The notes beneath the pieces were generated by a model. That model saw only the letters and a program-made list of their open reading frames with translations, searched no databases and was not told where the DNA came from. 32,255 bases of DNA from a virus: positions 1 through 32,255 of IMG/VR virus record IMGVR_UViG_3300045988_162788; one strand, written 5' to 3'. The translations under genes were made by a program, and so were the position numbers. Below are positions 1-8,122 of the stretch, one piece after another. Positions within the stretch are counted from its first letter, which is position 1; every line of letters starts with the position of its first letter.

Positions 1-55
1 ATAAAGAGATGTTCACTATTGTGCTTTCTTCCCCTGTAATTTCAAGGGTTAGGTG
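1..55. repeat. Terminal direct repeat, copy 1 (identical to 32201..32255)
   Basis: The sequence ataaagagatgttcactattgtgctttcttcccctgtaatttcaagggttaggtg occurs exactly at both window ends. Confidence 0.95.
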
Positions 56-70
56 GTGTTATAGGTAGCT

Positions 71-86
71 AGGTCACTATTTACTC
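71..86 (+). repeat. 16-bp direct repeat aggtcactatttactc (candidate integrase arm-type site)
   Basis: An exact copy lies at 32039..32054, and a related tcactatt core lies at 13..20. The copies bracket the AT-rich int-proximal non-coding region once the circle is closed. Confidence 0.55.
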
Positions 87-106
87 ACTACTTTGGGCAC
101 AAAAAA

Positions 107-150
107 TAAGCCCCTTCAGCACCTGATTTCTCAGGTACTGAAGGGGCTTA
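107..150 (-). terminator. Rho-independent terminator closing the minus-strand transcription unit
   Basis: A perfect 13-bp stem (taagccccttcag / ctgaaggggctta) encloses an inner 6-bp stem (acctga / tcaggt). On the minus strand it is followed by TTTTTT (plus-strand aaaaaa at 101..106). It lies 10 nt after the stop of CDS 160..630. Confidence 0.8.
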
Positions 151-159
151 TCAGCTAGT

Positions 160-630
160 CTACTTTTCCGGTGCGGCGGGCGCAGAAGGCTTGTCGAGCA
201 GATACTTGCTGAGCTGCTCGCTAGCCGTCGGGTTGTAGTGGTCGCCGTTCGGGTTAGCCGGCGCGGCAGGGGCAGGCATGATGTTCACGGCCTGCGCGCC
301 GCCCTGCCGGTACAGCCTGCACCACTGCTTCAACGGTGTCGCGCTTGCAATACCGAAACGCACCATTGCCTCAGGCTTACTCATCCCACCATCAACCACG
401 GCCTTCGCTGCGGCGACCTTGGTCTCATAGTCGTATTTGGTGTGCTTTACTCCCATGGCAAGAAGCCCGTTCCTCCCGTTTACGCGGTACATCTTTTGCC
501 ACTCTCTCACAGTTGCGGCGGACACACCAAGCTTTCTGGCGGTTAGACCATAGCCGAATCCTTTCTCAAACATTTGTGCTGCTTGCTCCCGGAGCAAACG
601 GTTATGTCTCATTCCCTGATTTATAGGCAT
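160..630 (-). CDS. Stand-alone double helix-turn-helix protein (IS3 OrfA-like HTH), moron candidate
   Basis: 156 aa, with SD AGGAGG 6 nt upstream of the ATG. It has two HTH-like units (LTARKLGVSAATVREWQKMY and MSKPEAMVRFGIASATPLKQWCRLY). No catalytic transposase ORF is nearby. It uses AGA/ATA codons unlike its neighbours and has its own terminator. Confidence 0.75.
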   Translation of the reverse strand: MPINQGMRHNRLLREQAAQMFEKGFGYGLTARKLGVSAATVREWQKMYRVNGRNGLLAMGVKHTKYDYETKVAAAKAVVDGGMSKPEAMVRFGIASATPLKQWCRLYRQGGAQAVNIMPAPAAPANPNGDHYNPTASEQLSKYLLDKPSAPAAPEK

Positions 631-635
631 GAAAA

Positions 636-684
636 GCCTCCTGTTTCTTGGACTTTAATTTTTGTTGTCCAGGAAACGGGAGGC
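636..684 (-). promoter_or_regulatory. 18-bp-stem hairpin between holin and the HTH gene; the 3' arm contains the HTH gene's SD
   Basis: The arms are gcctcctgtttcttggac (636..653) and gtccaggaaacgggaggc (667..684), with a 13-nt AT-rich loop. On minus-strand RNA 16 of 18 positions pair, and the stem is followed by CUUUUC and then the AUG. Confidence 0.5.
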
Positions 685-718
685 AGTTCACAGGAGCGGT
701 GAGGGGCTACTTTTATGC

Positions 719-1153
719 CTACTTACCTAGAGCATAAGCCGGGTTACTGTACTCAGTGCCAGCGGTATCTACCAGCTCATAACCAGGTGGCACCTCATCA
801 GCAACTGAAGTATCGCTGGTAGACTCCAGATCTGATACAGGCCCGGGAATAGCCGGCATCTTCTGTGCAACGGGGGAAAGCCGCCCATGATTACCATACT
901 GAGCCATGGCCAGCACCGACCCCAGATAAGCCTCAGTCTCAGCCTTCTTACTGGGAGCAGCCCAGCCACCGAGGATAGCTAGTACCGCTGAGCATACGAC
1001 GCCTAGGGCCAGGGCACCGTTGGTGGTGAGGTTCGGTAGGGCAAGCTCATGGATGATGGTGGCTACTGCACCACCGAGGGCAGTGCCGCCGGCGGCGAAG
1101 GCGGTGGTGGAGCCTACAACGCGGCGGCGGGTGGAATTATCAAGCACTTTCAT
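719..1153 (-). CDS. Putative holin
   Basis: 144 aa with two hydrophobic helices (TAFAAGGTALGGAVATIIH and ALALGVVCSAVLAILGGWA) and a hydrophilic C-terminal tail. It starts 14 nt after the endolysin stop. Confidence 0.6.
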   Translation of the reverse strand: MKVLDNSTRRRVVGSTTAFAAGGTALGGAVATIIHELALPNLTTNGALALGVVCSAVLAILGGWAAPSKKAETEAYLGSVLAMAQYGNHGRLSPVAQKMPAIPGPVSDLESTSDTSVADEVPPGYELVDTAGTEYSNPAYALGK

Positions 1154-1167
1154 GGTTGATTCCTTTC

Positions 1168-2073
1168 TTACCAGCGGAAGAGTCCGCGCTTATCAGATTC
1201 AAACTCGGCCTTGCGTGCCTGAGCCTGCTTGGCTTCGTCGTAGCCGAAAATCTGACGGATCTTATGCCCGAAAGTGCCATCGGTGATGACGCCGGGAATG
1301 CCCAGACGGTAGAGGTTGAAGAGGTGCCGGGTCATGCGCAGGGCGCTGTAGGTGTCGCGGTTGTTATCCTGAAGCATCTCAATAAGAGTGCGGTTGCCCC
1401 ATTCAGGGCACTTAGTGTGGAAGAGGACGTTTTCGAGGTCAGCCTTAGTAGCCATTTCAAACCAATCTGTTGAGTTAGAGGTGAGTGAGGGGACAGGGGA
1501 AGCAACGGTGCCGCCGCCGTAGTAGTGGCGCACCTTCGCCATGAAAGCGTCCCAGGGGAAGCCAGGGCCAACGTCCCAGTGGTCGCTCATGCGGTAAACC
1601 CGCGATGCCTGACCATGATCGATGATGCCCTTGGCGCCTGCTGCAATCTGAGCGTCGGTAATCTTCACCGGGGGGATATTGGTGCGGAGGCAAATATCAG
1701 CCACCAGACGGGCAGAGTTTTCTAGCAGCGCGGCACTGTAGGGGTCAGACCACTGGGCGGCGCTCTGGTCGGCGCGGCCTGCCTGCTCAATCTGGATGCC
1801 GTCCTCGTTGGTTCCCGGTGCCGCCCAGGCCATATCTTTCTCAGGGACACCCTGCACGATCGAGTTATTGTCGACGATGTAGTGCGCTGCGGCCTGGGCT
1901 GAGGAATTGGTAAACCAATCCCCGGCGATATTCTCAGCGACCAGAGCATGCTCGGCGGTCTCCATAGTGTGGAGCACGATGAGGCGGACGTAGCGGCCGT
2001 TGGTCACGGTTCGGTTAGGCGATAGTGCTGTGCTGGTGGCCAGGGTGCTATCGGGCTTGAAAGTTGTGGCCAT
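1168..2073 (-). CDS. Endolysin, N-acetylmuramoyl-L-alanine amidase (amidase_2/PGRP type) with a C-terminal putative wall-binding domain
   Basis: 301 aa. The N-terminal ~190 aa show amidase_2-like motifs (LIVLHTMET, AAHYIVD, HWDVGPGFPW). SD AAAGGAGG precedes the ATG. Position next to the holin supports the call. Confidence 0.85.
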   Translation of the reverse strand: MATTFKPDSTLATSTALSPNRTVTNGRYVRLIVLHTMETAEHALVAENIAGDWFTNSSAQAAAHYIVDNNSIVQGVPEKDMAWAAPGTNEDGIQIEQAGRADQSAAQWSDPYSAALLENSARLVADICLRTNIPPVKITDAQIAAGAKGIIDHGQASRVYRMSDHWDVGPGFPWDAFMAKVRHYYGGGTVASPVPSLTSNSTDWFEMATKADLENVLFHTKCPEWGNRTLIEMLQDNNRDTYSALRMTRHLFNLYRLGIPGVITDGTFGHKIRQIFGYDEAKQAQARKAEFESDKRGLFRW

Positions 2074-2096
2074 AGTGCCTCCTTTCTTAAATAGAC

Positions 2097-2125
2097 GCGC
2101 CCCTCAGCCGATGAGCCAAGGGGCG
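2097..2125. terminator. Hairpin H1 of a three-hairpin cluster upstream of the endolysin gene
   Basis: The stem gcgcccct / aggggcg is flanked by atattttt on the plus strand, and by an A/T-rich tract on the minus strand. Confidence 0.45.
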
Positions 2126-2145
2126 ATATTTTTGGGTAAAGAAAA

Positions 2146-2168
2146 AGACCTCCAGACTCAGGGGGTCT
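2146..2168 (-). terminator. Hairpin H2, terminator-like
   Basis: Minus-strand RNA reads AGACCCCC-UGAGUCU-GGAGGUCU followed by UUUUCUUU. On the plus strand the mismatch becomes a G-U pair and cagttttc follows. Confidence 0.55.
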
Positions 2169-2220
2169 CAGTTTTCTTGCGGTGGGTTTTAAGCTCACGC
2201 TCCACCTCAGCTAGGCAGAA

Positions 2221-2260
2221 AGGTGCGGGTGTCTCTAGCAGATTTAGAGACCCCGCACCT
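2221..2260 (-). terminator. Hairpin H3, terminator-like, immediately after the double stop of CDS 2267..2710
   Basis: A 15-16-bp stem (aggtgcgggtgtctct / agagaccccgcacct) has a 9-nt loop. It is followed by UUUCU on the minus strand and by a T-rich tract on the plus strand. Confidence 0.6.
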
Positions 2261-2266
2261 TCCTTA

Positions 2267-2710
2267 TTACTTATCCTTTTTGCCGTCCTTGCCAAGCTTC
2301 GATGTCCAAAGCTCGGCAGCTACCCATTCCGCCACCTCAGACGGCAACGGCGGCGGCGGAGGCGGCGACCCTGACTCAATATGGTTCGAGAGGCGCGTGA
2401 TGTGGGCGATCGCCACGCTCATCGCGAGGCGAGCACGGTCAGTTGCCGCATGTGCCCGCTCCTCCCTCTCGCGAGCCTCGCTCTCACGTGTCCGAACCTC
2501 AGCCTCTAGTGAGGTGCGTGCCTCAGCCTCCTTGCGGAGGCTGGACTCCAGGTCAGCGATACGGCGCTCCAAAGAATCAATCAGCATCCTGTTCGACTCG
2601 TGCCTCGCCGCCGCGCGGCCGTTGAGAAAAGTCATCCCCGCAGGAATCAAGGTGCCCATCAAGACACCCCCAAGGGTCCACACCTCCTGGGGGAAATCCC
2701 CAAAGGTCAC
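2267..2710 (-). CDS. Membrane-anchored coiled-coil protein with a poly-proline tract (function unknown)
   Basis: 147 aa with an ATGA overlap to the upstream gene. It has an N-terminal TM segment (WTLGGVLMGTLIPAGMTFL), a Glu/Arg-rich helix and a PPPPPP tract. Confidence 0.7.
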   Translation of the reverse strand: MTFGDFPQEVWTLGGVLMGTLIPAGMTFLNGRAAARHESNRMLIDSLERRIADLESSLRKEAEARTSLEAEVRTRESEAREREERAHAATDRARLAMSVAIAHITRLSNHIESGSPPPPPPLPSEVAEWVAAELWTSKLGKDGKKDK

Positions 2711-3975
2711 GAAGATGCCACCTCCTGTGCGTCACGGTCACGACGCCACGCGGCCCCGCCCTCACGCGGGGTGAAATCAACGTCAGGGCGGCCCCAGTCA
2801 CGAGGCGCCCATTCGGTACGGTCCCATGGGAAATCGCGCACGCTGAAGGCATTCAGAAGACTGCTCTCAACCGCGACCGTGCTGACACGGTCAGCGAGGA
2901 TTCGAGTCTTCTTGATATCCCACGGATCAACACCTGTGAATGCCTTCTCCGTCTGACCGTCTTCAAAATTGAAAGCATGGCAGAACGCATTAGTGTCGGT
3001 GCCGACTAGACCGTATTTCTTCGCCGCAACAATCAGCAGACGTGTCAGCGGGTTATACGGCAACCCCGTCTTCGGGTTGAACCAGGGATTGACGTCTGCT
3101 GCCAGGCGCCCCCACTGCCCATGCACAGGCGAGGACGGCGCCTCACTTGCAGGCGACTTACCATCCGTCATCTGCGCCGGCCACGACGGCGGATTACCCG
3201 CCGACACAGCGCCAAAGGTAAACGCCAACGCGTGATTAATTTGGCCGCACCGGACCTCGTCGATGCCCACGAAACCTAAAGTGTTGTGCATGCGTGCGAC
3301 GGCTGAGGAACCTAGCTGCAGCTGGGTTGCCCAGTTCTCCTCGGCGAGCTTCTTAAAACCCGGGGACATGACGGAAAAGCCGCCTGATGTAGCGGTCCAG
3401 CCGTCGCCATCGGCTTTACGGTTCACCATGAAATACTCGCGAATGATGCCAGTATGAACATCCCAGATTGCCAGGCCTCGGTCACCGATTCGTGCCGGCT
3501 CCGCAAAGCTCGGCATCGGGATCATACCGCTGAGGATATTCTGCGCAGCCCACGGGGTGAGACCCACACCGCGCGTCGCCTCCATCCGCTGAAAATGACA
3601 GTCAGGATGGGACGAATCCACAAGATACGCCGGGATTGGAGAGGTGCCATCAATCGATGTATTCGTGCCTGTCTTCACACGGGGGTCCCCGCGGAACTTG
3701 CCAGTGCCGTCTCGACCGAATGGGTCTGGGTTGTTCCGGTCCATCCATGCAGCCATTTCGGAGGAATTCTCAGCCAGAGGCATCTGAGAGATGTCCCTCT
3801 GCCATATAGTGCCTGCACCGGCGTAGTTGGCAACGTCCATCAGCCCAGGGAATACCACCTCTGGGTGCTGACGAGCTCCGATGGGCTCCCATTCGCTCGT
3901 CTCGGCGTTGAATGCCTTGAACGCGAGTGCGTGGCGGCGCCCGTCAGGATATCGCCCAAATACGTAGGCTGTCAT
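2707..3975 (-). CDS. Hypothetical distal-tail-module protein (possible receptor-binding or glycan-active protein)
   Basis: 422 aa with a TAATG overlap to the fibre gene. I can name no motif; the call is based on position only. Confidence 0.7.
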   Translation of the reverse strand: MTAYVFGRYPDGRRHALAFKAFNAETSEWEPIGARQHPEVVFPGLMDVANYAGAGTIWQRDISQMPLAENSSEMAAWMDRNNPDPFGRDGTGKFRGDPRVKTGTNTSIDGTSPIPAYLVDSSHPDCHFQRMEATRGVGLTPWAAQNILSGMIPMPSFAEPARIGDRGLAIWDVHTGIIREYFMVNRKADGDGWTATSGGFSVMSPGFKKLAEENWATQLQLGSSAVARMHNTLGFVGIDEVRCGQINHALAFTFGAVSAGNPPSWPAQMTDGKSPASEAPSSPVHGQWGRLAADVNPWFNPKTGLPYNPLTRLLIVAAKKYGLVGTDTNAFCHAFNFEDGQTEKAFTGVDPWDIKKTRILADRVSTVAVESSLLNAFSVRDFPWDRTEWAPRDWGRPDVDFTPREGGAAWRRDRDAQEVASS

Positions 3976-5420
3976 TAGGGTACTCGCGCTCCTTCAACCT
4001 GCGCGCCGGGTGCCATGAAGATACGGTAGCCTCCGAGCTCGACGCTATTGTTGGAGGTACGGATGCCAAGCACGCGACCCCAATGCTTATCCTCATTATT
4101 TGCCCACTTATGGGTTGCCCGAGCGCCCGAAGGGGCGGTGATAGTGCAACTCAGATTGAGGAATTCGAACTTCCAGGTTCCAATGCTGGTGCCTGCGTTG
4201 ATGAGGAGCCCGGTGTCTACCCCCTCAGACTTAGACATCATCGTAGCGCTTCGGCCAGGCTCTGCCAGACCGACCGAATAGTTGCGTGCCCACGGGGCAA
4301 AAGCATGGTCTTGGAACCACTCTAGGCTGAGCGTGGCACCCGGCTTCTCAACCTTCGCCACGTCGACCTCCACAGTCGCGTTAGGAGAACCAACCGTGAT
4401 GAACAGCTCAGACTCAGCGTTACCCTTTCCGCTCGGCTTCAGGGTCAGGGCATCGGTGACGACCCAGCCGCGAGGCACCGTCTCGCCGTTGACTTCTACG
4501 AGGCCAGTTCCAGGCTGCGCATACACACTCTCCACGTCAGCGGAGCCACCGAAGCCATTATTGGGTTTCAGACCGATGTTCTTCTTGGATGCAGGCCAGG
4601 TGGCACGCTCATTCTCAGGCACCGCCGGCACCAGTGCGGTGCCAGCCGTGCGCTTAGACGGGTCCTCACTGATGACGAGCTCACGACCCTGCAGAGAGCC
4701 GAAAACTACAGGAAACTCGAGCTTGCTGCTGCTGAACACGTAGCCGGGCTCAGGGGTCGCTTCGAGCATGATTTCTCGACGATCCTCGCCGGGAATCACA
4801 TGGTCACCAGGCGCCGCCTCCACCCCGTCAATCTTCCAGGTCACGCCGGTCTGCTTCGGGGTGGGAATCGCGATTAGGCGGCGCTCAGGGATGACATCTG
4901 GAAACTTCGGCACGATCGGGGTCGGGGCGTTCAGATTAGACACATCCGCGTGGATAAGCGGGACTCCAAACATCTCCTTCTTTGTGGCTTCAGCATCCTT
5001 CGGGTTGAACGAGAGCCACCAGCCCTGTGCTCGAGCCTGCAGCTCGGGGGTCCACTGCGCCTTGATTTCCATCGGCACGTCAGTAGTAGTGCCGTCGCTC
5101 ATCACGACGGTAGCGCCCGTACCTGATGCGGAAGGCTCGACGCGCTTAATGCTCACACCGTCACGACCAGGGGCACCGTCAGTACCATCTCGGCCCGGCT
5201 GTCCGTCCACACCGTCACGGACAGTACGCCACGCCAGCTGAGTCCCGTCACCATTCGCACGCGCCAGCACCTCCCCATTCGCGCCACCCGCAGGAATCTT
5301 CTCCAGCGGGGCGAGCGCCTGGTCAATCTGCTGCTGAACACCCTCAGCAGGCTTACCCTGCAGGTGCCCATTCTCATCAGCAATTACCAGACGGTCGAAT
5401 ACGACCTTGTCTTCTGCCAT
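3975..5420 (-). CDS. Tail fibre / minor tail protein with a collagen-like segment
   Basis: 481 aa from the ATG at 5420, preceded by SD GGAGAAGGAG. It contains seven consecutive Gly-X-Y triplets (GVDGQPGRDGTDGAPGRDGVS). Confidence 0.75.
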   Translation of the reverse strand: MAEDKVVFDRLVIADENGHLQGKPAEGVQQQIDQALAPLEKIPAGGANGEVLARANGDGTQLAWRTVRDGVDGQPGRDGTDGAPGRDGVSIKRVEPSASGTGATVVMSDGTTTDVPMEIKAQWTPELQARAQGWWLSFNPKDAEATKKEMFGVPLIHADVSNLNAPTPIVPKFPDVIPERRLIAIPTPKQTGVTWKIDGVEAAPGDHVIPGEDRREIMLEATPEPGYVFSSSKLEFPVVFGSLQGRELVISEDPSKRTAGTALVPAVPENERATWPASKKNIGLKPNNGFGGSADVESVYAQPGTGLVEVNGETVPRGWVVTDALTLKPSGKGNAESELFITVGSPNATVEVDVAKVEKPGATLSLEWFQDHAFAPWARNYSVGLAEPGRSATMMSKSEGVDTGLLINAGTSIGTWKFEFLNLSCTITAPSGARATHKWANNEDKHWGRVLGIRTSNNSVELGGYRIFMAPGAQVEGARVP

Positions 5421-5421
5421 G

Positions 5422-5907
5422 CTAGTTCTTCTCCTTCTCCACAATTCGGGCAAGACCATTGCCCAGGTCTTCTGCTACCCATTCCTTCTCCACACTAGGA
5501 GTAGCGGGACCCGGTGCCGCCGGGACCTTCACACCAGGTGCACCGGTCATCTCTGCCAGATTCACGACCTGTCCCGGCTGAACATCCAGCGTGAGCAAAT
5601 CCAGAATCACTTGACGTCCGCTCTCGCCAATCGCCGAGACCTTCACGCTGTAGCGGGCAGGACCCAGCAACTGGACCCCCCTCTCGCCACCGCGCGGATG
5701 TGAGCGCAGCTCACCGTTCACCAAAAACCCCCTGACAGCGCAGGGGGTGAAAATCGTGGTTTCATCATGAGCCACACAGGACGGAGTGAACAGTACAACA
5801 CCAGAGGTCACTAGCGCAGGCAAACCGGATAACGCCTGGTGTGTCGCAAAGTTTGCGTGTACGGTGGCGTACCTTGCAGAAGGTTCTGCCACAGGGATAT
5901 CGGGCAT
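5422..5907 (-). CDS. Minor tail protein (hypothetical)
   Basis: 161 aa, tightly packed between the Tal-like gene and the fibre gene. No motif recognised. Confidence 0.6.
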   Translation of the reverse strand: MPDIPVAEPSARYATVHANFATHQALSGLPALVTSGVVLFTPSCVAHDETTIFTPCAVRGFLVNGELRSHPRGGERGVQLLGPARYSVKVSAIGESGRQVILDLLTLDVQPGQVVNLAEMTGAPGVKVPAAPGPATPSVEKEWVAEDLGNGLARIVEKEKN

Positions 5908-5929
5908 TTTACTCCTTAATTAACGGGTC

Positions 5930-8122
5930 CTACTGGACGTGTTCTTCCGTAGGACGCTCAGCAGGCCGCAGAGGCGCTTCCTCACCACGGGAGAGAGCCA
6001 TAACCTTCTTCGCTTCCAGATCGTATGCGACGTTCGGGACTCGACCGTCCCACGACTCACGAGAGCCAGTAATGATGCATTCGGCAACCCATCGCCCAGC
6101 GTTAAGCGTGATGGTGTCACCAACCTGCTTCCGAGGGTCCCACAGCATCGAAATCGCATCGAAAGTGATGCGCTCTGTGCCAATTTCCTGAGCCAGAGCT
6201 TCAGCGACCTTCCGCGCGTCCTTCTCCGTGACATACCATCCGGCATCGAGCGTGAACACTCCAGCTCCCCCCTTACGGGAATACGCCGTGAGGTGCTTCT
6301 TCTCCCACGTCACGACCCAATTCGCACGGAGCATCGGCATCGGACGACCCCACGCCCACTGGCTTAGCGTACCCACGCCAAGTGACGGCGCCACCAATGA
6401 GTAGGTCTTGCTGTTTCCACCTTTGACGGTCTCAACGCGGTGCGTGAGCTTCACGCCGCGCTGCCCCAGCTTCTCCAGCTTGCCGGAGATGGTCTCATGC
6501 TGCGGCGCACCACCAGTCCACCGCCAACCGGGAGGCTGCTCGTTGTTCTCAAACGAGATAGCCCACCAGGAACCGATGAGCTTGTTGAACTCGTCCCAGT
6601 CGAAAATATTGTCTTTCGCCTTCACAATCGGGCGGTAGTTTGTGTCAAGACCAATGACGTCGACGTTGTCCTCCCAATTAATGAACTGAATATTGTCGCT
6701 GTTCTGCGTAAGTGGAGTAGACGACGAAGCGTCGTAAGCAACTGCTGCGGCGCCGGTGAAGCTTTTCCCGCCGCGACCTGCCGCCCATGCCCCATCATCA
6801 GCCGAAGGCACAAGATGATTCACACGGACTAGCGAACGCACACCATCACGAGCCGTCTGCCACGAACCCGCAAAGACATGCTCAGAGACAGCATCAGTCA
6901 CAACCGACGGAGAGGATGCCAGGCGGTCACGCGCCGCCATCACCAGAGTGCCCTCTTCGTCCACCCACACCGTCGACAATGTAGCGTTGCACCATGCGGT
7001 GACAACCTCTGCAGCTTCCGTATTCTCAAACCCCCTCGTGGCGGAGAGCGGGTCAGTAGCAATTGCAGATGCCAGGATTTTCGGAGGGGTCTCCCGCACC
7101 ATCTTTGCCACATGGGTGCGGGAGTAATCGCCAATAATCGGCTCATGCTGAGACACGTGCAAGCCGAGAGTGTTTGAGCAGGAGGCTGTCTCCAGCTCTG
7201 CATCACCACGCAGGCGGCGGTCAAACTTCTGGCTGTTGACAGTATCTGTCCACACGGTGATTGAATCCCACGCGATCGCGACTGCGAGCAGCTGATGCTT
7301 CTGGGGGGACGGCACCTTGACCTGCCCAATCAGCTGACCACCCTGAGAGAGTGTCAGCGTGGACGCGGCTCGGGACCAGACCAACATCACCTCATCCTCT
7401 CCGCGGAGCTTTACCGAGATTGACGCGTCACGATTTGGGGCAGCTCGAGACACTGCCAGGATATCTTCATCATGACGGTCAAAGCCCTTGGCTGAGGCAT
7501 AAACGGTATTAGTCGAGGTAAGAAACCCTGGTGCCGTTTCACTCACAGAGCCTGCTGATACAAATTCCCCAACGCCTGCGCCTAGCCCGAACGCGCCAGG
7601 CGCATAAATGAGGGTCGTCGCATGAGGCGGAGGCAGAACACCAAACCCCGCCTGCTCGAGTGCCTGATACGCCGTCCAGCCACCAGTCGTCTGAGACTTG
7701 TACAGCACAGCCGGCTCAATCGTCACAGGCGTCTGCAGCGCTGTCGACAGGCCGTCACTAATAGCCGTCTCCACCTCATCAGTAGTCAGAGAGTACGTCG
7801 ATGCGCCCAAAAAGCCGGTGAATCGAGGGAATGTCACGCCGTTAACCTCGGCGACAATCTTCACTGAGGCGCCATGCCTCGGAACCCAGCGGGTCTCCCC
7901 CACCGGCGCAAAAGGAGCTGCAGTAGTAGCAGTGCCCGCAGCCCATTTAATCCTGCCAGTGCGAGAAAAAACGCCGTCACCAGCCGCAATCAGCGATTCA
8001 GGCAGTCCACCACTCGTGTGGCCCTCCCACTCCGCAGAAATATGTTCGCGCTCGACACCATCCACAAAAATGCGGAGGCGCGCGTCAATCACCGCGCCAG
8101 GAGCATAAGTGCCTGGTAGCAT
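5930..8122 (-). CDS. Tail-associated (Tal-like) protein
   Basis: 730 aa from the ATG at 8122, with a TGATG overlap to Dit and SD GAGGAGG. Size and position directly after Dit are typical of siphovirus Tal. Confidence 0.65.
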   Translation of the reverse strand: MLPGTYAPGAVIDARLRIFVDGVEREHISAEWEGHTSGGLPESLIAAGDGVFSRTGRIKWAAGTATTAAPFAPVGETRWVPRHGASVKIVAEVNGVTFPRFTGFLGASTYSLTTDEVETAISDGLSTALQTPVTIEPAVLYKSQTTGGWTAYQALEQAGFGVLPPPHATTLIYAPGAFGLGAGVGEFVSAGSVSETAPGFLTSTNTVYASAKGFDRHDEDILAVSRAAPNRDASISVKLRGEDEVMLVWSRAASTLTLSQGGQLIGQVKVPSPQKHQLLAVAIAWDSITVWTDTVNSQKFDRRLRGDAELETASCSNTLGLHVSQHEPIIGDYSRTHVAKMVRETPPKILASAIATDPLSATRGFENTEAAEVVTAWCNATLSTVWVDEEGTLVMAARDRLASSPSVVTDAVSEHVFAGSWQTARDGVRSLVRVNHLVPSADDGAWAAGRGGKSFTGAAAVAYDASSSTPLTQNSDNIQFINWEDNVDVIGLDTNYRPIVKAKDNIFDWDEFNKLIGSWWAISFENNEQPPGWRWTGGAPQHETISGKLEKLGQRGVKLTHRVETVKGGNSKTYSLVAPSLGVGTLSQWAWGRPMPMLRANWVVTWEKKHLTAYSRKGGAGVFTLDAGWYVTEKDARKVAEALAQEIGTERITFDAISMLWDPRKQVGDTITLNAGRWVAECIITGSRESWDGRVPNVAYDLEAKKVMALSRGEEAPLRPAERPTEEHVQ

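Noticed and set aside
1-55. The 55-bp end repeats, considered as attL/attR of an integrated prophage.
   Set aside because: There are no host flanks. The repeats coincide exactly with the window edges and have a typical assembler k-mer length. The candidate arm repeats bracket the junction as one continuous attP. This cannot be fully excluded without reads or a host genome.
160-630. The HTH gene, considered as an insertion sequence or transposase remnant.
   Set aside because: Only an OrfA-like HTH is present. There is no catalytic ORF, no terminal inverted repeats and no target duplication that I can see. It is called a stand-alone regulator-like moron instead.
2223-2774. A 183-aa plus-strand ORF with a GGGGGG tract.
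   Set aside because: It is the antisense reading of CDS 2267..2710 (the poly-Pro tract read backwards). It starts inside hairpin H3 and has no translation signals.
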